Assembly: GCA_964291675.2 (NCBI GenBank)
Contig: OZ219866.1
Coordinates: 672,001 to 736,000, forward strand
Length of the DNA: 64,000 nt
Direction: 5' to 3'
DNA from: Alphaproteobacteria bacterium
GTDB taxonomy: Bacteria > Pseudomonadota > Alphaproteobacteria > MPNO01
The notes beneath the pieces were generated by a model that worked only from the letters and a program-made list of their open reading frames with translations, made no database searches and was not told the origin of the DNA. Every line of letters starts with the position of its first letter. Position 1 is the stretch's first letter. The position numbers and the translations under genes were made by a program. This document shows positions 9,162 to 17,904 of the stretch, in pieces.

Positions 9162-10202
9162 ATGAACAAAACAGGCTATCGCCCGGTTATTGTATTGTGT
9201 TCGGGGCGTTGCGGATCGACGATGTTGTCGAACATAATGAACAGTCATCCGGATATACTCAGCGTCTCCGAGTTTTTTACGTTCCACAGCGTTGCGTTGT
9301 TCAGCCGATGGCGCATGACCGGAAGCGGAATGTGGAAGATTCTTACGCGACAACCGCAGCTGGTTCGTTATTTGCTGAGAAAAGATTACGAAGAATTGTT
9401 ATACCCGTTCGACGATTCCGATTCCCGGTTCACGCGAAAGAACGTGCCGCCGGTTCTGTGCGTCACACTTCCGCATCTGACAGACGACTACGAAAAACTG
9501 TTCGACGATATGGCGCCGGTCGTTCGAGATTTTCCGCGCCAGTCCCCCGCGAACCATTGTCGTAGCCTCTTCGGGTGGCTGTGCGAAAGGTTCGATCGCA
9601 AGGTCTGGGTGGAACGCTCGGGCGGATCTTCGATGTACGCGTCGAGGCTGATGTACAGATTCCCCGAAGCGAAGATCATCAACATGTATCGGGACGGGCG
9701 GGAGACCGCGATTTCCATGTCTCGTCATCATCCGTTTCGAGGAATCGCCCCGTATATTCTTGCCCTGCAGAAACGCGGATACGACCCTTTGAAGGTGGAA
9801 GCGAAACATAGCGAGTTCTGGGATTCGACGGGGCTGCGCCTGCAACCCCTGAAGTATTTGTCGCGCTTCCCGATCCCGATGTCCGCCGACCGGCTGGAGA
9901 TCCGGCATTTCGGCGCGTTATGGAGTCAGATGGTCGAGGCATCCCAGAATTTTCTTCAGCGCCATCCGCGGGAACGAATTCTGGATGTCCGGTTCGAGGA
10001 CCTGCAACAGGACACGGAGCGGGAGGTCAGGCGTATCGTCCGGTTTATTTCTCCCGATCTGGACGATGAGGATTGGGTGCGGGAAGCGTCCAGGATACCG
10101 AGGCCGACCCGGTCGAAGTTCGCGCGACTCGGCCTGGAAGAGCAGGCCATATTGACGGAGGCCTGCCGGCCGGGCCTGGAGCGGCTCGGCTATCCCGTGT
10201 AA
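9162..10202 (+). CDS. PAPS-dependent sulfotransferase 1
   Basis: 5'-PSB loop SGRCGSTML, 3'-PB RDGRETAISMS, VRFEDL, C-term LERLGY. Confidence 0.92.
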   Translation: MNKTGYRPVIVLCSGRCGSTMLSNIMNSHPDILSVSEFFTFHSVALFSRWRMTGSGMWKILTRQPQLVRYLLRKDYEELLYPFDDSDSRFTRKNVPPVLCVTLPHLTDDYEKLFDDMAPVVRDFPRQSPANHCRSLFGWLCERFDRKVWVERSGGSSMYASRLMYRFPEAKIINMYRDGRETAISMSRHHPFRGIAPYILALQKRGYDPLKVEAKHSEFWDSTGLRLQPLKYLSRFPIPMSADRLEIRHFGALWSQMVEASQNFLQRHPRERILDVRFEDLQQDTEREVRRIVRFISPDLDDEDWVREASRIPRPTRSKFARLGLEEQAILTEACRPGLERLGYPV

Positions 10203-10304
10203 CGCCGTTGCGATGGAAGAGCGAGGGCACGCGAAACGAAACCCCAAAGGCGGTGACGCCGTAAGGGTGACGCGGCTTCGCGCGTTCGGAACCCGGGCAG
10301 CCCG

Positions 10305-11732
10305 TTGACGAACAACGAAACACCGGATCGTCCGGCGTCCCGCCCCGGCGCGGGGGACGCGGCGGAGGGCGTCTACACGACCGGTTCGGTCGGGCGCCAC
10401 CTGCTGCGGATGGCCGCGCCCGCCTCGACGGCGCTCCTGTTCATCTTCCTCGTCGACGTGGTGACCCTCTTCTACATCTCGCTGTTGCAGGACGAGCGGT
10501 TGATCGCCGCCGTGGGGCTCGCGAGATTCATCGAGTATTTCGTCCTTGCGATCGGGCTCGCCTTCGCGTCGGCGGCGACGGTGCTGGTCAGCCAGGCGCT
10601 CGGCGCCGGGGACAAGGAACTCGCCGTGCGGCGGGCGACCTCGTGCCTGGTCATCACCGTGGCGGTTCTGTGCGCCGCCGTCGGAGCGGTACAGATCTTC
10701 CGCGGCGCGGCTCTCGCTTCCTTCGTGGAGCCGGGCGCGGTCTTCGACGCGGCGGATCTCTATCTGGAGATCGCGCTCTACTCCGTCCCCCTCGCGGCGG
10801 TGAGCATGGCGGCGGGCGCGATATTGCGCGGCGCCGGCGACGTGCCCCGATCCGTCGCGGTGACCGTTTCGGGCAGCCTCGCGGCCCTGTTGGTCAACCC
10901 GGCGCTGATTTTCTGGGCCGGTCTGGGCGTGGAGGGCGCGGCCTGGGCGCTGCTGGCGGATCGCACGATCAGCGCGGCGCTCGGCATCTGGTTCGTCGTC
11001 CGCGTTTACCGTCTCCTGAAGCCGCCCGATATCGCCGAGGCGGTTCGCGACGCCAGGACGGTTCTGGCGATCGCCGGGCCGGCCGCCCTGTCGGAGCTCG
11101 CGCCGCCCACGATCTGGTTGCTGGCGACCGCGTGGGTCGCGGCTTTCGGAGACAGCGCCCTCGCGGCATGGGCCGTGATCGCGCGAATCACCTTGCTGGC
11201 GGGGTGCGGGATCCTGGGATTGACCGTCGCGCTCAACCCGGTGCTGGGGCAGAATTACGGCGCCGGCGAGGCTGGCCGGACCGCGGCGAGTCTTCGCAAT
11301 GCGATGACGTTCTCGATTTGCTATGTCATCGCGGCCTGGGCGTTGTTCGCCTCGACGTCGGGCGCGATCTCACGAATGTTCGATCTGACCCCGGAGGCGT
11401 CGGGCATCGTGCGCATATATGCGCTGTACGGTTTCGGCGCGATCGTCCTGGCAAGCATGTCGACCCTGTGCCGGCCGGTATTCTATCATTTCGGGCGTTC
11501 CTTCTGGACGACGGCTCTGGACTGGCTGGCGAACGCCCTGACGCTGTTTGCGCTGATCCTGCTCGTCGGACTGCCGGACGGGGAGCGCGTCGCGTTCGCG
11601 CTCGGTGCGTCGGCGGCGGTGTGCACGGTGCTGATCGGCAGAGCCATCGCGGGCGCTTTTTCGCTCGGGCTCGCCTGGTACCTCGTCGCGGGGGTGGGGC
11701 CGCCGGAAGCATCGTCGAAGGATTCGGCATGA
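10305..11732 (+). CDS. MATE family transporter
   Basis: About 12 hydrophobic segments; GSVGRHLLRMAAP, VSQALGAG, LNPVLGQNYGAG, GLGVEGAAWA. Confidence 0.9.
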   Translation: MTNNETPDRPASRPGAGDAAEGVYTTGSVGRHLLRMAAPASTALLFIFLVDVVTLFYISLLQDERLIAAVGLARFIEYFVLAIGLAFASAATVLVSQALGAGDKELAVRRATSCLVITVAVLCAAVGAVQIFRGAALASFVEPGAVFDAADLYLEIALYSVPLAAVSMAAGAILRGAGDVPRSVAVTVSGSLAALLVNPALIFWAGLGVEGAAWALLADRTISAALGIWFVVRVYRLLKPPDIAEAVRDARTVLAIAGPAALSELAPPTIWLLATAWVAAFGDSALAAWAVIARITLLAGCGILGLTVALNPVLGQNYGAGEAGRTAASLRNAMTFSICYVIAAWALFASTSGAISRMFDLTPEASGIVRIYALYGFGAIVLASMSTLCRPVFYHFGRSFWTTALDWLANALTLFALILLVGLPDGERVAFALGASAAVCTVLIGRAIAGAFSLGLAWYLVAGVGPPEASSKDSA

Positions 11733-14194
11733 GGCGAGGGACGAGACTGTGGATCGCCGTGCCGGCGGCGCTCGCCGCCGCGATCGCCCTCGCGGGCGCG
11801 GCGGGCTGGTTCTGGCTTCGTACGTCGCTGCCGCCGCTCGACGGCGAGATTGCACTTCCCGGCCTCCGGGAACGGGCGGAAGTGATTTACGACGCCAACG
11901 GCATTCCGCATATCCGCGCGGCGACGGTCGACGACGCCTATTTCGTCCTGGGGTTCGTGCATGCGCGCGACCGGATGTTTCAGATGGATTTCGCGCGCAG
12001 GCTGGGTAGCGGAACGCTCTCAGAAGTCGTCGGCGAGCGAACCCTTCCCTTCGACCGCATGGCGCGGACGCTCGGGACGGAGCGGAACGCGGAACGGATT
12101 CTCGCCCGCCTGCCGGAGGACGCGGTCGCGATTCTGAATGCCTATTCGGCCGGCATCAATGCTTGGCTCGCAACGCGGTCCGGCGCGCTGCCGCCCGAAT
12201 TCGTCATGCTCGGCTACGAACCGAAACCCTGGCAGCCGAAGGATTCCCTGGCGCGGAGCGGCGTCAAGCTCGCCAATCTGGTCTGGGAGTGGGAGAGCGA
12301 AGCCCTTCGCGGCGCGCTCGCGGCGAAATTGTCTCCCGAGCAATTCTCCGATCTCTTCCCCGAAGAAGCCGATGGTGCACGGTCCGGCGCCGGCCGCGCC
12401 CGGACGATGACGCGGGGGGTGGCCGTCGCCCGGTGGAAGTCCCTCCGGAGGGCCATGCCCGGCGGCTCTCGGGCGGAACCGCCGGCTTCCAACGCGTGGG
12501 CGGTCGCGGGCGGCAGGACCGCGAGCGGCCGTCCTTTACTGGCCAGCGATCCCCATCTGGGGCTGACGGCGCCGGGGCTCTGGTATCTAGCGCGCATGGA
12601 AGCGCCGGGGCTCAGCCTCGCGGGCGCGACGGTTCCGGGGGGACCCGTTTTCCTACTGGGCCATAACGGCGCCATTGCCTGGGGCATGACCAACGCGGGC
12701 AGCGACTTTCAGGACTTCTTCATAGAGCGCGTAAGCGAAGGCGACCCGGGCCGCTACGACGCGCCCGGCGGGCCGCGCCCGTTCGAGGTTCGGACCGAAA
12801 TCATCCCCGTCAAGGGACGCGAGCCGGTGGAGCTCATCGTCCGGGAAACGCGCCACGGCCCGGTGGTTTCCGACCTCGCACCCGATTTCGCCGCCCCAGA
12901 GGGGCAACGTCTCGGAGAGCGGGACCACGTCCTCGCGTTCTCCTCCACGCTTCTGCGCGACGACGACATGACGTTCCTCGCCGTTCTGGGACTGAACCGG
13001 GCGCGGAACTGGGCCGATTTCACATCCGCCCTGGAGAATTTCCATTCTCCGCACGTCACCATGACCTATGCCGACACGGACGGAAATATCGGCTTCCTGT
13101 CGCCGGGGCGGGTTCCGATCAGGCGCGGCGGCGACGGCTGGATACCCTCCGCCGGCTGGACCGGCGAGCGGGACTGGATCGGGTTCGTACCGTTCGACGA
13201 GCTTCCGCGGACCTTCAACCCGCCGTCGGGCCTTGTCGTCCACGCCAATCAGCGGATCGTCTCCCCCGACTATCCGTGGTTTCTCGCCCGCCGCTGGTCC
13301 CCGCCCTACCGGGCGGAACGGATTCATGCGCACATGGACCGGGTCGCTCCCCGGACGGTCGCAACGGAAACCGCGTTGCAGCACGACGAACTCTCCGGCG
13401 CCGCCGCCGCCCTGGTCCCCCTGTTTCTGACCCTCGCCGATCCGTCGCGGTTGGACGAGAACGCAAAACGCGCCCTGTCTCTGGTGCGGGGCTGGGACCG
13501 GCGCATGGCGCGCGCGTCGGCGGCGCCGTTAATCTTCGCGGCATGGCTCGGCGAGGTGAATCGCGGCCTCTACGCCGACGAGCTCGGCGGCCTCTTTCAA
13601 CCCTTCTTCGGTCTCAGGCCGCGCACGGTCGCGCACTTGTTGAAGAATCGCCAGGCGTGGTGCGACGATGTGGCGACAGGCGCGGTCGAGGATTGCGGGG
13701 GAATTGTCGCGGCCGCCCTCTCGCGTGCTCTCGACGGTCTGGCGCGCCGCTATGGAGACCGCGTAGAGAATTGGCATTGGGGCGAGGCTCACCAGGCGGT
13801 ATTCGGACATATCGTGCTCGGTCGCGTTCCGATCGTGAAACGGTGGGCGGATATCCGCATCGAGACGGGAGGCGGAGGCTTCACCGTCAATCGCGGGCGG
13901 CACAACGTCGCCAATGCGAAGGAACCATTCTCCAGCAAGCACGGCTCCGCCTATCGCGCGGTGTACGACCTTTCCAACCTCTCGAACTCCGTATTCTCGG
14001 TCGGCACCGGCAACAGCGGAAACTTCCTGTCCTGGCGGTACGACAACACGACCCGCCGGTGGCGGGACGGCGAATACATGCGGATTCCCCGAACCCGCGC
14101 CGAGGCGTTGCGCGGGGCGGCGGGGGTGCTGATCCTCTCGCCGGATCCCCGGTTACGCCCGCACCGCGGACCGACCGTCCGGGACCCGAATTGA
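11729..14194 (+). CDS. Penicillin acylase family Ntn-hydrolase, membrane anchored
   Basis: ATGA overlap with the MATE gene; N-term TM; DANGIPHI, GFVHARDRMFQMD, catalytic SNAWAV, SDPHL. Confidence 0.93.
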   Translation: MRRGTRLWIAVPAALAAAIALAGAAGWFWLRTSLPPLDGEIALPGLRERAEVIYDANGIPHIRAATVDDAYFVLGFVHARDRMFQMDFARRLGSGTLSEVVGERTLPFDRMARTLGTERNAERILARLPEDAVAILNAYSAGINAWLATRSGALPPEFVMLGYEPKPWQPKDSLARSGVKLANLVWEWESEALRGALAAKLSPEQFSDLFPEEADGARSGAGRARTMTRGVAVARWKSLRRAMPGGSRAEPPASNAWAVAGGRTASGRPLLASDPHLGLTAPGLWYLARMEAPGLSLAGATVPGGPVFLLGHNGAIAWGMTNAGSDFQDFFIERVSEGDPGRYDAPGGPRPFEVRTEIIPVKGREPVELIVRETRHGPVVSDLAPDFAAPEGQRLGERDHVLAFSSTLLRDDDMTFLAVLGLNRARNWADFTSALENFHSPHVTMTYADTDGNIGFLSPGRVPIRRGGDGWIPSAGWTGERDWIGFVPFDELPRTFNPPSGLVVHANQRIVSPDYPWFLARRWSPPYRAERIHAHMDRVAPRTVATETALQHDELSGAAAALVPLFLTLADPSRLDENAKRALSLVRGWDRRMARASAAPLIFAAWLGEVNRGLYADELGGLFQPFFGLRPRTVAHLLKNRQAWCDDVATGAVEDCGGIVAAALSRALDGLARRYGDRVENWHWGEAHQAVFGHIVLGRVPIVKRWADIRIETGGGGFTVNRGRHNVANAKEPFSSKHGSAYRAVYDLSNLSNSVFSVGTGNSGNFLSWRYDNTTRRWRDGEYMRIPRTRAEALRGAAGVLILSPDPRLRPHRGPTVRDPN

Positions 14195-14270
14195 CCGGAC
14201 AGGATGGCAATGATATCGATCAGGGAACGATGAACGCAGTCGCGGGCCAACCTTCCGGGGGACCCATGCC

Positions 14271-16712
14271 ATGAACCGATCCGGTGCAGCCGGAGTTGGC
14301 CTGAGAGGCGCGCTTCCGTTCTCGATCACGCTTCTGATCGCGCCCCCGATCGTCGTCGTTCTGGGACTGGACGCGCTGCCGGACTTCATTCCCTGGGTAA
14401 TCCCATGGGTCGTGTTGCCCCTCATTCCCTTTATCAAGATCGTCGAAACGCTATTCAGGAACGACGTCCCCAACCTCGATCGGAACACGCCAGAGTCCAG
14501 GGTATTCTGGCATATAGCGATCGTTGTGTGTTGGTCGGCGTGTTATCCTGTTCTGGTCATATTCGTACTATGGGCCGTGTGCAATGTACCGACCCTGATC
14601 CTGTACGAGCGCATCGTTCTGCTCGTCTTTTGCGGAATGCTTGGCAGGCTCACCACCATCGCCGCCCACGACCTGATCCACAGACGGCAATTGTGGGCGC
14701 GCAGACTGGGCGAGTTCGCGATGAGCGCCGTTGGTATGCCGCATATCCATACGGAGCATGTGTACATGCACCATCCGAACGTCGCCACGCCCCGGGACGG
14801 GGAATCGGCGCGAATGGGGCAGAGTTACTACAGCTACTTCTTTACGGTGATCCCTTACGCTTACGCGGAAGCGATCCGTATCCAGCATCGCAGGCTGGCG
14901 CGGCGGGGTCTGTCGTTCTGGCACAGATCGAACCCGGTTTGGCGATGGATCGGGATGTCGGTTGCCTGGATCGCGCTCGCCCTTGCCATAGGAGGCTGGC
15001 TGGGGCTCGCCGCGTGGATATTTGTGGTTCTGTTCGCGGCATGGGGAATCAGGGCCGTCGATTATATTCAACACTACGGACTGCAACGCATTCTGCAGCC
15101 GAACGGCAGGTTCGAAAATATCCAGCCGCATCATTCCTGGAATTTTTCGAGCGCCTCGAACTATTTGTATTTTTCCATACAACGCCACTCGGATCACCAC
15201 AGGAGTCCTGCAACCCCCTACCCATTGCTGCAGGGCCTCCCCTCGCGAATAGCCCCGGCCCTTCCAGCCCATTACGGCTCGATGCTGACCCTGGCTCTTT
15301 TTCCCCGGGCGTGGTTCAGAAAAATGAATCCGCTCGTCGAGAAATGGCGGCGTGACTTTTACCCGGATATCAAGGATTGGCGCGCGCTTTCCACCAAGGC
15401 ATATCGACAACGCCCCGGATCGCTTCCCTTGATTTCGGAGATCGTTTACGGCGCGCCATGTCTCGCGAAATACATGGAGCGCAGTTATCCGCTGATAGAC
15501 AGCATCGAGAGCAAGCAATTTCAACAAATCACGATTCCGGAAAACGCGGAGATGGACGCCGACGAACTGATTGCCGCTCAGAGAGGATTGCTGCGGCTCT
15601 ACTACGGTTACGAGTTCGTTTACGACGAAATGATCGAGGATTTCGAGCTTGGTCAAGCGGATATTGCGGAGGACGTCGCCGAGAATTCCCAATTCTGGTG
15701 CAATGACCACGCCTTCCAGCTGGGCGTAAGGGTGATGCGCGGGCATCTGTCCCTTGGCGAGGCAGGGCGTCCCCTTTCGAACATGGCGGATGCCGCGATA
15801 ACCGTGCTGGCGCGGACCGTTCTCGACGAGTTCGTCTCCTGGCACGGCCCGATTGCCGGCGATGGCATCGCCATTGTAGCCCTCGGCAGACTCGGCGAGC
15901 GTCGCATGACCCTGGAAGCCGATGTCGAGTTGATCTTCCTGTCGGATGCGGCGTCCGGTTCGGAAGAGGAAAAATTCGTTCTGGACGATCGTGCCGACGA
16001 GTTCTGCAAGAGATTCAATAAATTCGCGGAGCGTTTGTCGACCGGCAACCTGCTTCTCAAATCGGCCGGTGCGAGATTGCCGACCGGTGGAGCCCGCAAC
16101 GTTACCGGCACGCTGGCGCGTTTTGCGAACGGCGGTCAGGACCCGGATGCAAATTTCCTGCGCGAAGTGGCGTCGGCGCGGATCGTTTGCGCGTCGGGCG
16201 ACAATATCGGGGAATTGACGAAGCGGTTCGAGGAAGCCAAAGGATCGATTCTCCGTCGGCATGCCGCCTCTGCCGCCGATATTCGTCGGTCGTCCTCCTC
16301 CCGGCCTCCGAACCCGGGAGGCGAGCGGTCGCTTCATGCCATATTGGAAGGCCCGGGCGGTCTGGACGACCTCGAGCTTGCCGCGCTCCGCATCCGTCTG
16401 CGCCATATCGAAAGCCATGCCGATATCGTACTCGACAGCGGTCCGGCGCCGCTCCTGACGAAGTCGGGAGAGCACGGACTTCTCGAACCGCAAACCGCGG
16501 AGGAGCTCGCGGAGGCGGCGAACTTCCTGCTGGGTCTGGAATGTATCCTGTCGCTGGTGCAAGACCGGAAGCCCGACGAGGCACAATGGGAGGACTCGGT
16601 CAAAGCCACCGTGGCCCGGGCCTGCGACGCCAAAGACTTCGACGATGTCGTGGCGAAGGCGGAGGAGTCGGCCGCCCGCGTCGCCGCGCATCTGGACACG
16701 CCGACGGCATAG
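14271..16712 (+). CDS. AlkB-like membrane di-iron hydroxylase fused to a degenerate GlnE-type nucleotidyltransferase domain
   Basis: His boxes AHDLIHR, EHVYMHH, DYIQHYG, QRHSDHH plus PHHSWN. C-half LSNMADAAI...HGPIAGDGIAIVALGRLGERRMTLEADVELIF...GPGGLDDLEL. One continuous 813-aa ORF. Confidence 0.88.
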   Translation: MNRSGAAGVGLRGALPFSITLLIAPPIVVVLGLDALPDFIPWVIPWVVLPLIPFIKIVETLFRNDVPNLDRNTPESRVFWHIAIVVCWSACYPVLVIFVLWAVCNVPTLILYERIVLLVFCGMLGRLTTIAAHDLIHRRQLWARRLGEFAMSAVGMPHIHTEHVYMHHPNVATPRDGESARMGQSYYSYFFTVIPYAYAEAIRIQHRRLARRGLSFWHRSNPVWRWIGMSVAWIALALAIGGWLGLAAWIFVVLFAAWGIRAVDYIQHYGLQRILQPNGRFENIQPHHSWNFSSASNYLYFSIQRHSDHHRSPATPYPLLQGLPSRIAPALPAHYGSMLTLALFPRAWFRKMNPLVEKWRRDFYPDIKDWRALSTKAYRQRPGSLPLISEIVYGAPCLAKYMERSYPLIDSIESKQFQQITIPENAEMDADELIAAQRGLLRLYYGYEFVYDEMIEDFELGQADIAEDVAENSQFWCNDHAFQLGVRVMRGHLSLGEAGRPLSNMADAAITVLARTVLDEFVSWHGPIAGDGIAIVALGRLGERRMTLEADVELIFLSDAASGSEEEKFVLDDRADEFCKRFNKFAERLSTGNLLLKSAGARLPTGGARNVTGTLARFANGGQDPDANFLREVASARIVCASGDNIGELTKRFEEAKGSILRRHAASAADIRRSSSSRPPNPGGERSLHAILEGPGGLDDLELAALRIRLRHIESHADIVLDSGPAPLLTKSGEHGLLEPQTAEELAEAANFLLGLECILSLVQDRKPDEAQWEDSVKATVARACDAKDFDDVVAKAEESAARVAAHLDTPTA

Positions 16713-16847
16713 GCGCGCTCATGGACCGGATCCGGACCGTCGGTTGCCGATGCCGATAACGTCGGAATAAATTTTCGAACGTTCGGGCGTGTAACGGTTC
16801 CGGCCGCGGTCGGGCCGCCGCGTAGATCGAAGGGAAATCGAGGGGCT

Positions 16848-17894
16848 ATGGACATCTCTCCGGCAATTGTCGTCAGCTCCGGGCGCTGCGGTTCGACCAT
16901 GCTGTCCGACATTCTGAACTCGCATCCCGATATTCTCAGCGTATCCGAACTGTTTATCCTGCAGGGCCGCGCGTTGCTCAACTTCCGGCGTCTGACCGGC
17001 AACGAGATGTGGAGCATCGTCAGCAAGCAGACAAGGGCGCAGCGGCGGCAACTGGACAGCCACTCCGATGCGCTGCTGTACCCCGTCGGCACCCCGCGCG
17101 GCCGCTATTCCGGAGCGGACATACCCCCCGTTTCATGGGTTACGCTTCCGCATATCACCGATCGGCCCGACGCCCTGCTCGACGAGCTCGAGCCGCTGAT
17201 CCGCTCGCAGCCGCGCCAATATGCGGCCGATCATTATCGGGCGATTTTCGCGTGGCTGTGCCGGAAGTTCGACCGCAAGGTCTGGGTGGAACGCTCGGGC
17301 GGCACCGGGATGTATGTGCACAGATTCGCGAGAATGTTTCCCGAGGCGAGGTACATCCATCTCTACCGCGACGGGCGCGATACCGCCATTTCCATGAAGA
17401 AGCATCCCGTATTCCGCGAAGCCCTGCGCTATTTCTCGACCATGCGAGGGTACGGCATGGACGCGATGAAGCCGATGACGGGGGCCTCGGGAAACGCGTT
17501 CCGGGACTGGGCGATCCTGCGTTCGCAACTTCTCGTATACCTCGTCTTCCTGTTCAACAGGGCAAGAAAAAGAGATCTTCCGCTTCCCGAATTCGGCAAG
17601 TTCTGGTCGGATGTCGTGGACATGACGGACGGGTTTCTCGACACGCTTCCTCCGGAAAAGGTGCTGCGCGTGCGGTTCGAGGACATGCAGAACGAGCCGG
17701 AGAAGGAGATCGCTCGCCTCGCAAGATTTCTCGACCCGTCTCTCGAAGATCCGGAATGGGTGAAGAAGGCGGCAGGCATTCCCCACCCGACGCGCTCGAG
17801 AGTGGGAGACCTTGCCCCCGCCGAACGCGACGCACTGACCGAAGCCTGCCGAAGCAGCCTCGACCGCCTCGGTTACGACCCGCGGCAGGGATGA
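16848..17894 (+). CDS. PAPS-dependent sulfotransferase 2 (paralog of 9162-10202)
   Basis: SGRCGSTML, RDGRDTAISM, FDRKVWVERSGG, VRFEDM, LDRLGY. Confidence 0.92.
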   Translation: MDISPAIVVSSGRCGSTMLSDILNSHPDILSVSELFILQGRALLNFRRLTGNEMWSIVSKQTRAQRRQLDSHSDALLYPVGTPRGRYSGADIPPVSWVTLPHITDRPDALLDELEPLIRSQPRQYAADHYRAIFAWLCRKFDRKVWVERSGGTGMYVHRFARMFPEARYIHLYRDGRDTAISMKKHPVFREALRYFSTMRGYGMDAMKPMTGASGNAFRDWAILRSQLLVYLVFLFNRARKRDLPLPEFGKFWSDVVDMTDGFLDTLPPEKVLRVRFEDMQNEPEKEIARLARFLDPSLEDPEWVKKAAGIPHPTRSRVGDLAPAERDALTEACRSSLDRLGYDPRQG

Positions 17895-17904
17895 TCGTCC
17901 CGTA

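Noticed and set aside
10643-11728. 1183-aa ORF suggesting a long N-terminal extension of the acylase
   Set aside because: The extension is an off-frame, Arg/Gly-rich read of the MATE gene; the real start is the ATGA overlap at 11729.
14568-16691. 707-aa antisense ORF opposite the AlkB-GlnE gene, and similar long antisense ORFs elsewhere
   Set aside because: Typical of stop-poor high-GC reverse frames; no recognisable motifs.
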